This document shows, piece after piece, positions 15,073 through 27,445 of a DNA stretch of 64,000 bases (position 1 is the stretch's first letter; every line of letters starts with the position of its first letter). The notes under the pieces were generated by a model. That model was not told the origin of the DNA. It was given only the letters and a program-made list of their open reading frames with translations, and ran no database searches. The translations under genes and the position numbers were made by a program. Origin of the DNA: Octopus vulgaris (lineage: Eukaryota); assembly GCA_951406725.2 (NCBI GenBank), contig OX597817.1, positions 101,060,001 through 101,124,000 of the forward strand. Reading direction: 5' to 3'.

Positions 15073-17053
15073 TTCTAAATATAGTGTTATATTTTATGCT
15101 CTTCGTTTAATCATGGGCATTTTCAATCTAAGATATTAAATCTCCCACCGCAGAACCTATCATTCGTTTATGTACATAAACAATATATACATCTAAATGT
15201 CGTCTCCTCTATTGATGACATTTGAATTTCATCACAGCTGATAGCAACGAATAAAAGTTAGATATTTATCGTATCAGCTCGGATTTACTTGTATCATATC
15301 AGATCTCTGAGGATAAACAGGAATTTGAAAGTGAAAGTAAAGCAGTGATATATTGCCGCCCGCAGCTACAGTGGTATGTAGAGAAATATGGACTGTTATT
15401 GTAAGAACCACGGGAAACCCGATTACTTAATTGAATTAACTATCAGCTTGATGAATATATTATAGCACTTATGTCTGAAGAAAACTACCTGCAAGGCCAG
15501 AACGGAAAATGATTTGTATGACTGAGCATGAGCGACCTTTTTCAGAATAATATTGTCTCTAGGTCTGCTGGTAAGGAAAAAATGCAATAGAAGAATTTAA
15601 TATAAAAGTGAATACTCTTGCGAAATTTAGCTTACATACTTAACAGTTTATTCGTTATTGGATTACGGGATTCGCCATAATGTGAAATGAAAGTGGATAG
15701 TAAGATAGTTTTGACACTCTTGTCTCAGATAAGCATCGTTGCTGATATGTATAATGGGATTATTGATCGTTAATTTGATTGTAAATTATTGAAAAGTACG
15801 TCTGAGACCTAAGCCGATAGTTAGATATGTTTCACTATAATAACTACTAATACATAGAAAAGGCATGACTGCTTAACTCCTATCACCAGAAATTAGGCAG
15901 CCAGATCTATTGATTGCAGTAATGCATAGAATATATTTGGGACTCCTCAATAAAGGTAGCTCATGGCGCGATGTAGTTATATTTGTAATTAGAGATGGCC
16001 TCTCACTAATAATACCTTAGGAAACAGGAAGTCACAAAGTCACATACTGTGTTAATTCGTACGTTTAGATAAGAGATTAATGGATGATATTAAGTAAAAA
16101 ATAAGATGACATCGCAGTTTCATTACCAGTCATTATAGTTCACAAGTGCATTTTCCTCATGTAACAAATCAAATTATGGATGTATATAAAGGATATGTCA
16201 ATGATGTTGACGAATTGTTTTACATTTCTATGAATAATAAGTGAAATTTAAAGAAGGCATTGAGTAATGCATATCAGTTTAAGACACCACGATTAGTGTA
16301 AACCTTACATTTCGTTTTATCCCTAGTATAAAAATTAAAATAAGTTTGTTTTCCTACAGAACATAGAGAAATGTTGATTTGAGCTAAATCGAATCTTACA
16401 TGTCTCTGAGAAGTAACGTTAGATGATGTAGAAAAACAAATACTTTCTCAAACAGTTCTAGGTGTCTGCTTATTGATTGAATGCTGCGCTTTTCTCTCGA
16501 AGTAAAATGCAAATGGAATTAGTTAAATGAAGCATAAATGTTGGTGAACCATAACGGAAAATAACGAAGGTTCAGCAAACCATAAAAGTTCCATATGGAT
16601 CACTAATATTGGGAATAAAGCACGAGTTTTAAATGTTACGTTACATTTTACACGAAATCTTTCCTATAAACGTACATGCAAAAATATTTCAAGAAAACCA
16701 ATATTTCCACTATAATATTCTTAGACTGCTTACACCCTTTGCATTGATGGAGTAGCGTCTTCAAGGGAATTAGTCGATACTTTCGATCCGAGTATTTATT
16801 TCATCCTACAACTTATTTTTTCTATTGATCATTACCTCGTGAGTCACTAATAAGGTATGTAAGCTGCAAACGGATTATACACATTTATACACATACACAC
16901 AAATACGCATGTGCAAATACATACATATGTATAAATGTATGTGTGTGTGTATGTATATATGTATACAGAACACAAAATACTGCGATAGCTACTATAAGAC
17001 AAATTCTCATATTGACTTTCGGTGCATATAAGCATCTTTTTTTATATCACAAG

Positions 17054-17200
17054 CGGGGAAATAAATCACCCAGCATTACCATCACCGAGACTACCAGGTC
17101 CCGTGATATCAGCCTTTAGCCTTGACTCCGATAGATGCCCGGACGGTGGAGATAGCAGCAATATCTCAGCGAGCGATATACATAGAATCATAGTGTCCAG
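17054..17200 (+). CDS. Possible isolated internal exon of an unidentified host gene (147 nt, phase 2-2)
   Basis: GC-richer non-repetitive island, open frame (S)GEINHPALPSPRLPGPVISAFSLDSDRCPDGGDSSNISASDIHRIIVS(R), T-rich tract plus AG upstream, CAG|GTAGG downstream. No homology recognised. Confidence 0.3.
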
Positions 17201-17495
17201 GTAGGCACTGATGTCACGAATAACCAGCAGACTTATTGAAAAATAGTTATTATTGTCAGAAGTAGTATTATTACCAAAAGGTGATATTTCTCCCCACTTA
17301 AAAGTGAATGTTATGTTAGAACAAAGAATACTGCGATAGTTACAATAATAAAAGAAACTAATATAGGGTTTCATGCTTGTAAGCTCTTTTTTTACGTTGC
17401 TAGCAAGTGTGCATGTATGTATGTATGTATGTATGTATGTATGTATGTATGTATGTATGTATGTATGTATGTATGTATGCATGTGTGTATGTATG

Positions 17496-17528
<33 letters not shown>

Positions 17529-17751
17529 TCAACGACATATATATATACTATCAAATATACCTCATTGTATGATGAAAGACACACAATTAAAAAAGTGGAC
17601 CAAATATATTTGAAATATAGGGTATAATTTATTGAGAACATTATCATACGTTGAGTGTTCTTTAATAAATATGTCTATCTGTATGTCTGCTCCTTATATG
17701 TATACACACATACTCATACACTGTACACACACACATATACTTACACACACG

Positions 17752-17827
<76 letters not shown>

Positions 17828-18487
17828 GATACACGAGGCCGAGATCACATAATTGCAAATAAAATTTCTTAGCCATACAGCCAGAAATATAATTTAAGAA
17901 ATATATTGAAAGCTGGCAACGAATTTTGATTCATGTTTACATAAGTGGAATTATGTAAACATTAAGTTTCAATGAGTTCTAACGATACTAGAAGCTAATA
18001 TATTAACCAAATCTACTGATAATATGTATTATATAAAACAAATATAAATATTATACCGAGGCAATAAGATTAAGGTACTAAAGAAGGATTTTTTTAGCGA
18101 AGTTTACAATGTAGAATCAGCGTTATTGAAGAGTAGCCAATAGTCATTTTTATTAGAATTAAACTAATACAAGGTAAGTATATTCGATTAAGTTTCGAAT
18201 GTACTGAGGTGTGAATGCTAAAATAAAAAAAAAAGTCAGCAATATGTGTACAAGACTGTTTGTATACTTAAAAAAAGCTCCCTTGTAACAATGTGGTTGA
18301 AAGTCCAGTCCTATTGTGTAGCATCTCGTGCGAGTATCTTCTACTATAGTCCCGAGTTGATAAATGCATGGAATTCTATCGTGTACATTCATATATCTAT
18401 AACTCTCTCTCTCTCTATCCCTGTATGTATGTATGTATGTATGTATGTATGTATGTATGTATGTATGTATGTATGTATGTATGTATG

Positions 18488-18570
<83 letters not shown>

Positions 18571-19848
18571 CAGCTAGCAAGTTAGCAATCCATTGCGAAA
18601 ACCGACTTCACTGTCTCATAGTGATGCGATAGTGACAATTGACGTTTGGTAGCAATGGTAGCAGAGCGTATGCCTCGACAGGATCAGTCAAGCTGCAAAG
18701 ATACCGAACTAATGAACCTACTGAGAGACTGTTTTACTGAAGCGTGCACGAAGTTTAGAGGCTGAAAGCTGTTTAGACTGAAGAGATAACCATGCATGGC
18801 CTGCTCACTAACTGGTGATGTGGCGTCGTTTGAAAACTATAATGCAAAGAAATGGACTTCAGCAGTTTGCAAGTCAATCCACGACGACGGACCAAAATCA
18901 GTGCAACTAGAGGGCTAAGAATGCCAGGTACAATCAGGCCACCGAGGTATCGGTTAAAAGAATTTGCCATATGTATCTGAATTGCGGGTTTTTGTCAAAG
19001 AGAACCGGAATCAATTGTCACCATGTAATGGAAGAGAAAAGGAAGATGAAATGCAATGTGCTAGGCCACTGCGAAACACGTCGAAGGTAAGAAAGGTATT
19101 TAAACAATATAACAGTTTATTCTTTATTTTTTAATATATGGCACGCTTTCAGCTAATGTCTAACTAAAATCAAGGTCTCGTTTATTAATAAATTAATTTA
19201 ATAAGTGAAACCTTAATTAAGTGTATTGTTATATTAAATACCTTACTAGATTCATTATATATTTGATATAAATTATTGTATATTCAGGAATCAAATAAAA
19301 ATTCACTAAAATATTTCGCATTCTCAAAAGTAGAATGCTGTTTTATAAATTAGACTATTTCTGATATATTTTGTGTATCCGCTTCTTTTCGCATGATATA
19401 TTGTAAGATATTTTTTCAGAGTCAAGAACAATTACATGTAGTTGATAATGAATCAAGATGGAATATAAAACTATTTCACGGACTGCAATACGAGATGATC
19501 TACGACTGTGCAAAAGTGTTAATAATTTACATCTGTGGCATATCATGAGAATTCGTGGGGAATATCATTTATATAAATTACATTTACAAACATATAAACA
19601 ACATTTGCAGATGCCGTAAGAAAATAAGACACACTAGGAATTTCATGTAATAAGTTTTGGAAAGTAACGCTATGTCAAAATAATACCACAATTCAAATCC
19701 AATTTCTGTTAACAGACGTTAAAAAGAAATCCTGCTTACAATGGGTGTGTCAAAGACAAATTCATTGAATTTAATTAGCGGAAAATGAATTTGTCCACTT
19801 TCAGATGTAATAGGTTCTTTTATGTTTGATTATTGTTAAAAATAAGTG

Positions 19849-20070
19849 GAGGCGTGTCTCTTAGTGGTTAGGGATGTTGTACTCCTCATCGTAAGCTTAT
19901 GGTTTTGATTCCTGGACCGGGTGGTGCGTTGTGCTCTTAAACAAAACATTTTATATTGCTCCAATCACGTAGCTGTCAAAAGTGAGTATTCCGGCGTCCC
20001 GTCCAGAGAATCCAGAATTCAGGTAATATAATTAAAAAAAACCGGGCCTATAAGTCTATATGAATCGGAA
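19849..20070 (+). mobile_element. Degenerate tRNA-derived SINE (third family)
   Basis: GGAGGCGTGT..TTAGTGGTTAGG (A-box-like) and GGTTTTGATTCC (B-box-like). Confidence 0.5.
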
Positions 20071-20521
20071 AGGGACTTTTTTCTTTTTATTTTTAAATAT
20101 AACTAATTATGAAGATGAAACTTTTTTCCGGATTTATACTGAAGACCCTTCCAAAATAAATATATCAAATGTTGTAGCTAATATTGATATTTTACACACC
20201 ACACGACAAGAATTTTGCGGGAAGGAGAGAGAGGGGCTTTGTCAATTATATGTCCTTCATCTCTTGATTGATACTCATTTTACCGACCGCAGGAGGATGA
20301 AAGGCAAAGTTGATGCAGACTATTAAAGGGCGCCGTAAATAAAAAGCGCACATTCAGCTAAACTGAATCTATTAATCCAGCGCCCTTCCTAAAGATACGA
20401 AAAGCAAATTTGACCTCGCACGATTTGAACTCAGAACACTGATCTGTATCAAATTTTGGTAGACACTCTAACGACTCAGCCATTTCGCAGCTCTCGTAGT
20501 AAATAATATATAGCGCGAATG

Positions 20522-20584
<63 letters not shown>

Positions 20585-20827
20585 GAATAATCTTCAGCAA
20601 TATATACTATAGTATCCTGCAGACCGAGATTCGAAGTCATGGTTTTAAACCCACATACAGAGTTAACGTATAAAACATAAACGTTTAAATTATTTGCCTC
20701 CCCCCTACTTGGGTGAAACTTTATACTTGTACTTATTTTTTAATGACTAAAGTAGCTCAGGATTAAAATGGCATGGTTTTTATTGTTTTACTTGTTTCAG
20801 TTATTTCACATATATGTATACATATAT

Positions 20828-20880
<53 letters not shown>

Positions 20881-20902
20881 TATATATACATACAGATAGA
20901 CA

Positions 20903-20952
<50 letters not shown>

Positions 20953-20979
20953 CACATATATATGCACATATATACATAC

Positions 20980-21028
<49 letters not shown>

Positions 21029-21266
21029 ATTATATCAAATAGAAATGGAAATTAATTAAAATTTCCATTTCCAGTGGCCTAACGTGTAAAAATTTAGTCC
21101 AAAGACTATGTATTAGTCATAAAATACAGTGTACATTTAGACACATGAGGTATCCACTTGTGGGATTCAACACGCTAGAAAGAACAGCTAGGTTCCATAA
21201 CCACAAAATTAGGAATAAAATTCGAAAGGAACGAAATGAAAAAATAAAAACATTTTACCATCTAGT

Positions 21267-21344
21267 TTCCTGGACCAATTGGTTTCTGATTTTAGTTTAG
21301 CAAGTAAAATTATACTCGCTAGGTGAAATCGCCCTCAGCCGGAA
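21267..21344 (-). ncRNA. Degenerate type I hammerhead with extended stem II
   Basis: Minus strand: TTCCGG-CTGAGGG-CGATT..TAGCGAGTA/TACTTGCTA..AATCA-GAAAC-CAATTG-GTC-CAGGAA; palindromic stem III ACCAATTGGT. Confidence 0.55.
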
Positions 21345-21495
21345 CACCTTGGGTTAAATCTATAAACACGAGGCGATCAATCTTTGTTTATACATCCTAA
21401 TTTTTTCAAAATCTACTGCGCAGCCGCAGCCCTTCCCCGGCAATAAAAAAAATGCCAATCTTTAAAAACCGAAAATTATCCAAAATCTTACAATA

Positions 21496-21542
<47 letters not shown>

Positions 21543-21590
21543 AAACAAGTCAAAATAGAAAATGCTAAAATAATTTTATAAAGAACATTT

Positions 21591-21628
21591 CAGTACCGGT
21601 TTCGGTCATTTTGAGACCTTTTCAACTG
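21591..21628 (-). ncRNA. Minimal type I hammerhead, U3-A8 core variant (3' pseudo-LTR)
   Basis: Minus strand: CAG-TTGAAAA-GGTC-tcaaaat-GACC-GAAAC-CG-GTA-CTG; palindrome ACCGGT in stem III. Confidence 0.8.
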
Positions 21629-22351
21629 TAACAATTAAATAATTAAATTTAGAAAAATTAAAAGAAAAGTTTTTTTAAAGGAATATTTGTATAGTGTTCA
21701 AATATAAGTGACATTCTGCCTTTCTCTGTCTCCCTTGTTTGCACTTGTGTGTTCGAGGTCGTTGTGAATTCTTGGTAGGGTAGAAGGAGAAGAGGGATGA
21801 TGAGGAGAAGGGGTGGAAAAATTTGGAAGTGCCTTGATTGTCGTATTTTGAATGGTCAGTGACGGCTAGCAGTTGCAGTTCAATTCAGGAGAATATTTCT
21901 ATTGAAAGGTTTGTTTATGGAATTTGCGTAGGTGTTATATTAAAAAGCATTAGTGATAAAGTTAAGAGGTAGAAGGTGGAGTAGAAGAAGAAGGAGAAGA
22001 AGAAGAAGAAGAAGAAGATGACGATGTTGATGATGATGGTGATGATGAAGAAGAAGAAGAAGAAGAAGAAGAAGAAGAAGAAGAAGAAGAAGGGGAAGGG
22101 GAAGGAGAAGAAGATGATGATGATGGTGATGATGATGACGACGATGATGATGATAATGATGATGATGAAGAAGAAGAGGAAGAAGAAGAACAAAGAGAAG
22201 GGAGAATATGAATGAGTGGAAGTAGTGAGGTGTTGTATGACTTGAAGTTGGCACGTTATGGATTATAGCTGTGATTGGGGCTGATTTGTAATGGATTCTT
22301 TGGAATGTAATATATGCGTGTGTATTTCTGTTATTCTAATGCTGAGGTGTA

Positions 22352-24670
22352 TTAATCGTTTGTCGTAGACCCGTTAAGAAGTGGCCTGTATTTTGTAATA
22401 AAGAGAGTTTCTTTACTTATTCGTTGTCTCGAGGTTGTATCGTCCCTAAATTGGTAGAGGGGGAAAATCCTGAAGCCTGGTGTTTTGTTGTTGGCGCAAG
22501 TATCTATGTGTTGGCTGAAAGCTATTTTTCTGTTTTGGGGAATTTTTATCTGGGATCTGTGCAGGGCCATTCTTTTACGCAAACTATTTTTTGTTTGGTC
22601 TATGTACTGCTCTTGACACCCAGAGCAGGTTAGTGTGTATATCAGGTTCTCCGAAGCACATGTGAAGTTGCTTTTCACTGTAAACCGTTGTCCTTGTTTG
22701 AAGGAGAACTCTGATCCCTCAATTAGATAATCACATATCCCGCAATTGGGTCTTCCACATTTTTTTACTGTCGGCTTCTGTGTTGAAGAGTGTATTCGGG
22801 CTTGTGTTAGGAGACTTTTCATAGATTTAGGCTGTCTCTTGCTTTTTATGATCGTGTGTGTTTGGAGGATTGTGTTCATTCTGTGGTCTTTTTTTAGGAG
22901 GGATATGTTGTGGAGGATGGTGCCGAAGGCTTCATTATTGAGAGGGTTGTGTGTGATGTATGGTAAGGCTTTTGGTCGTAAGTTTTTCTTTGATTTGGGA
23001 TGTCTCAGTTCCTTGATGTTAAGTTGAAGGGCACGTTGAGTGCACATGTCAATAAGTGAAGGTGGGTAGTTCCTGGTGATAAGGGTATCTTTTAGTTCTT
23101 GTAGTCGTGTGTCTCTGGTGTTTGCATTAGAAACTATAGTGCATATCCTTTTAGCTAGATTGAAGGGGATATTCATCCTGGTGTGTCTGGGGTGGCATGA
23201 ATTGAATGGAAGATATTGCTTAGAATATGTAGGCTTATAATATATGTCTGTTTCTATTACATTATTAGCTTTCTTAATGAGGATATCGAGGAAGGGGAGT
23301 TGTTGCTGGCTATATTCCATCGTGAATTGGATGTTTACGTCCAGTCCGTTTAAAATTTCTTGGAATTCTTTGAGTTTCTCAATATTTTCATGCCAAAGAA
23401 TGAAACAGTCATCTAGATATCTCTTCCAGTTGTTTTCTATGTAGATGGAGAAAGGGCTGCCATATCTTTCTAGAACCTTACGATACAGACTGATCTCTAG
23501 ATATCCTATGACTAGGTTGGCAAAGGAGGGGGCCATTCGTGTACCCATCGCAGTCCTCGATTTTTGTCGGTAGAAGTTGTCTTTGAAGGCGAAGAAGTCA
23601 TTTTCCAGGATGAATTTAACCCCTTCTATCACGAATTCTTTTTTGATGCGATGTGGGAGTTCGTTGGCGTGATTCTCTAGCCAGAATTGGATTGCCTCTA
23701 GTCTTAGGTTGTGGGGGATATTGGAGTAGAGGTTGACTACATCGAAGGATACCAGTATGGTGTTTTTGTTTATAGTATTCGGTAGGTGATTGAGCATATC
23801 CAAGTCGTCCCTTATATAGCTTTTGACATGTTTGAGGAGTGGTTTTAACAGGGTGTCTAAAAAGTTACTGAGGCGGTGGGTTTCGCATGCAGGACCTGCT
23901 ATTATGGGTCTCATTTTGAGGTCATTAGGATTAGGGACTTTAATTATTTTGTCTGTAGCTATCTTGCATGCGTTACCTATTTTCTCACTTTTGTGTATCT
24001 TAGGTATACCGTAGAATTGGCTGGTTTTACTTGTGAAATTGGTCATATAATCATATTCTTTGTCGGTGAGCCCTTCTTTGTATGGGTTTAACATCTATTT
24101 TAGTTCCCTCATTATTTTTTGTTGACTGTAGTTTTGTGCCTTTTCATAGTATGTTGTGTCTTCCAGCATAGATAGTACCAAAGTTATGTAAAATGTCGTA
24201 TCCATTAAGACAACAGCACTCCCTTTATCGGCCTCTTTGATTGTTATTGTTTTATCTTGTTTTAATTTGTTCAACTCAGCCCATTCTTTTATGCTGAAGT
24301 TTGGTTTGTGTTTTTGTTTGTGCATATGTTGATATGGGTAATTTGATATGTAGTCACAGAAATCAAGTGTTTTGTTCTTACCTTTAGAGGGGGTGTAGTT
24401 ACTCCTATTTCTGACCAACGATTCGTCCTCGTTGTATTTGTCGTATAGCTCCTCAGTAAGTCGTAATTTTCTGCAGAATTCTGCGATGTCTTCTTTCATT
24501 TCATTGTAGTTGGGGTGTTGTGGGGTGGGTGTAAACTTGAGTCCTTTGGAAAGTATGTATATTTGGTTTGCTGTTAGTTCCTTGTGAGTTAGATTGATAA
24601 TTTTTATCACTTTTGGTTCCTCCTGCTTGTTTGGTGCTATCTTGTGTCTCTGTGTTTGCGTATTGGGTCT
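22352..24670 (-). pseudogene. PLE ORF2: reverse transcriptase plus GIY-YIG endonuclease (one in-frame stop at 24095-24097)
   Basis: IINLT..LSKGLKFTPTP, IKEADKGSAVV, FYGIPKIHK, RPII, VSFDVVNLY, TAMGTRMAP, RYLDD, FLD, CGRPNCGIC, NLIYTLTC..C..QYIDQT..LRKRMALH. Confidence 0.95.
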
Positions 24671-25872
24671 AAAAAATGAATGTGGTGGTTGGGACGGTAG
24701 CTATTATATAGTTGTTCTTTGTTGATGTGGGGTCTCCTGTTGTGATTTATGTTGTGTGTTCTTGGAACAGTATTGAGAAGAGCGTCCCGGTATCCCATAT
24801 TCGGGTGTGGTGTTCTAGGAGGCCTTCGTTGGTAATCATTGCGAGTGGTGTGGGTTTGTTGTGCATAGTTGTTTAACCGGTTGTTGGAACGAAGATTTCG
24901 TTGGTAACTCTTTTGGGTGGGGATAAGGTTGCAGTGTCTATCCTGTGGGTATTTATTTATCCTTTCTCTGCTTGAAGTGGGGGTATTCCTGATATTGTAT
25001 CGCTGGCTGCTTACAGAGTTAGGGTTAGGTCCTGTATTCTTTTTTTGACAGTAGTGAAGATTTCGATTTTTAGACAGGTGTGTACCGGTGTTTGCGTGTT
25101 GTTTTGGTTTTCTTATTTTCTGGAAAGGGTTGTTAGAGGCGTGCTCTGTTTGAAAGACGGCTTCATAGTTTGAGAACCAAGTGGCGCTTTTCTCCCAGCG
25201 TTGGAGAGATTTTAGTTCTTCTTTTTCACAGTCCTCTTTCCATAGTTTGGAGAACTTCTCTTGATCTGGGCCTTGGGTCATTTTGCGAATTTCTTCGTTG
25301 ATATCTTCATCGGTGGATTTTACTTTATCCTCATTCGTTTGGGCCCTCAATTTCAGAAGTTCTATTTCCATTTTCATTTTTTCCAGTGCCATTCTCTCCC
25401 TGAGGCGTCTTTGTGTTTCAGGTTCCTCTGTAATAGTTTTGAACTGGAATTTACGTGGGAGGATTAACGGGGTCCGGTTGAGCCATTTTTCGCATATATC
25501 CGCTTTGTTGTTGTTTTGGATCATCTTCCAAAAGGCGAACTTTCTATCTATGAGTGATTTGTTCCATTGTGGTATTATGTGGTATTTCATTTGGTATGTT
25601 GTTAGAGTATTGGTCCCATATATTGACGCGTTTGGAAGTCTTTGGTTAGCGTTGTTAGAGAAAAATGTTCTAATTGTTTCGCATAAGTTTCCAAGGTTTT
25701 CGACGATTTCGGAGGTTGTATTTTTCGTATCTGTTTCCTCATTGTTCTCTCGATTGGGTTAATGTGTCGAGTCGAATTTGTTCAAAAATGTTGACAAATT
25801 TGTGTTGATTTTCTTGAGTTCTTTCAGTATTTCTTCATTTATGGAGATGATTGTGTCTGTTTTTGTCGGCAT
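24637..25872 (-). pseudogene. PLE upstream ORF1 (~411 aa, coiled-coil then basic N/R/Q-rich tail; one in-frame stop at 25759-25761)
   Basis: ATG at 25872 (MPTKTDTII..) is in frame with ORF 24637..25590; lies directly downstream of the 5' pseudo-LTR and overlaps ORF2 in the -1 frame. Confidence 0.75.
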
Positions 25873-25991
25873 TTTCTGTATCTCGTGTGGGTTAATGATA
25901 TGTATAAGGGCGAAAAGGAACACACGAGTTGATATATATGAAAAAACAAGTCAAAATAGAAAATGCTAAAATAATTTTATAAAGAACATTT

Positions 25992-26029
25992 CAGTACCGG
26001 TTTCGGTCATTTTGAGACCTTTTCAACTG
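25992..26029 (-). ncRNA. Minimal type I hammerhead, U3-A8 core variant (5' pseudo-LTR)
   Basis: Identical to 21591-21628. Confidence 0.8.
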
Positions 26030-27201
26030 TAACGATTAAATAATTAAATTTAGAAAAATTAAAAAAAAAGTTTTTTTAAAGGAATATTTGTATAGTGTTC
26101 AAATATAAGTGGCATTCTGCCTTTCTCTGTCTCCCTTGTTTGCACTTGTGTGTTCGAGGTCGTTGTGAATTCTTGGTAGGGTAGAAGAAGAAGAAGGTTT
26201 ATGAGGAGAGGGGGTGGAAAAATTTGGGAGTGCCTTGATTGTCGTATTTTGAATAGTCAGTGACGGCTAGCAGTTGCAGTTCAATTCAGGAGAATATTTC
26301 TATTGAAAGGTTTGTTTATGGAATTTGCGTAGGTGTTATATTAAAAAGCATTAGTGATAAAGTTAAGAGGTAGAAGGTGGAGTAGAAGAAGAAGGAGAAG
26401 AAGAAGAAGAAGAAGAAGAAGATGACGATGTTGATGATGATGGTGATGATGAAGATGAAGAAGAAGAAGAAGAAGAAGAAGAAGAAGAAGGGGAAGGGGA
26501 AGGAGAAGAAGATGATGATGATGGTGATGATGATGACGACGATGATGATGATGATGATGATGATGAAGAAGAAGAGGAAGAAGAAGAACAAAGAGAAGGG
26601 AGAATATGAATGAGTGGAAGTAGTGAGGTGTTGTATGACTTGAAGTTGGCACGTTATGGATTATAGCTGTGATTGGGGCTGATTTGTAATGGATTCTTTG
26701 GAATGTAATATATGCGTGTGTATTTCTGTTATTCTAATGCTGAGGTGTATTAATCGTTTGTCGTAGACCCGTTAAGAAGTGGCCTGTATTTTGTAATAAA
26801 GAGAGTTTCTTTACTTATTCGTTGTCTCGAGGTTGTATCGTCCCTAAATTGGTAGAGGGGGAAAATCCTGAAGCCTGGTGTTTTGTTGTTGGCGCAAGTA
26901 TCTATGTGTTGGCTGAAAGCTATTTTTCTGTTTTGGGGAATTTTTATCTGGGATCTGTGCAGGGCCATTCTTTTACGCAAACTATTTTTTGTTTGGTCTA
27001 TGTACTGCTCTTGACACCCAGAGCAGGTTAGTGTGTATATCAGGTTCTCCGAAGCACATGTGAAGTTGCTTTTCACTGTAAACCGTTGTCCTTGTTTGAA
27101 GGAGAACTCTGATCCCTCAATTAGATAATCGCATATCCCGCAATTGGGTCTTCCACATTTTTTTACTGTCGGCTTCTGTGTTGAAGAGTGTATTCGGGCT
27201 T

Positions 27202-27440
27202 ATATAGTGAAACTATTCATAACTGTTGCACCTTCGAAAGCTTCACTTTTATTCTTCGAGTTTTGAGATATAATACAGAACCGGCGCCAATGTTGCGTTG
27301 TTTTAATCCAAAAAATTTACATGTTGACACTTCTGGGGTGTGATAGTATTACCATGTAAAATTTGATTTAATTTGGTCGAGTCGTTTGAGAATGCATTTG
27401 GAACATACAGAGATACAAAGGATTTTATATATATATATAT
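27202..27440 (-). mobile_element. Probable 5' end of a non-autonomous Helitron interrupted by the PLE
   Basis: Minus strand begins TATATATATAAAATCCCTTTGTATCTCTGTATG, similar to the 5' ends of the other Helitrons here; 3' end not located. Confidence 0.4.
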
Positions 27441-27445
27441 ATATA

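Larger units (their letters stand above)
21538..27201 (-). mobile_element. Penelope-like retroelement (Cys-linker, Neptune-like), near full length with direct pseudo-LTRs
   Basis: RT plus C-terminal GIY-YIG. A ~1.27-kb direct repeat (about 21538-22803 and 25935-27201) duplicates the endonuclease end and 3' UTR. 3' end abuts (TA)n. Confidence 0.95.

Noticed and set aside
15305-15340. CTGAGGA...TTTGAAAG hammerhead-like words
   Set aside because: No convincing stem I or III or NUH pairing; compatible with chance in AT-rich DNA.
21538-27201. Direct terminal repeats suggesting an LTR retrotransposon
   Set aside because: The repeats include endonuclease coding sequence, lack TG..CA/PBS, and the ORF is PLE RT plus GIY-YIG, so they are pseudo-LTRs.
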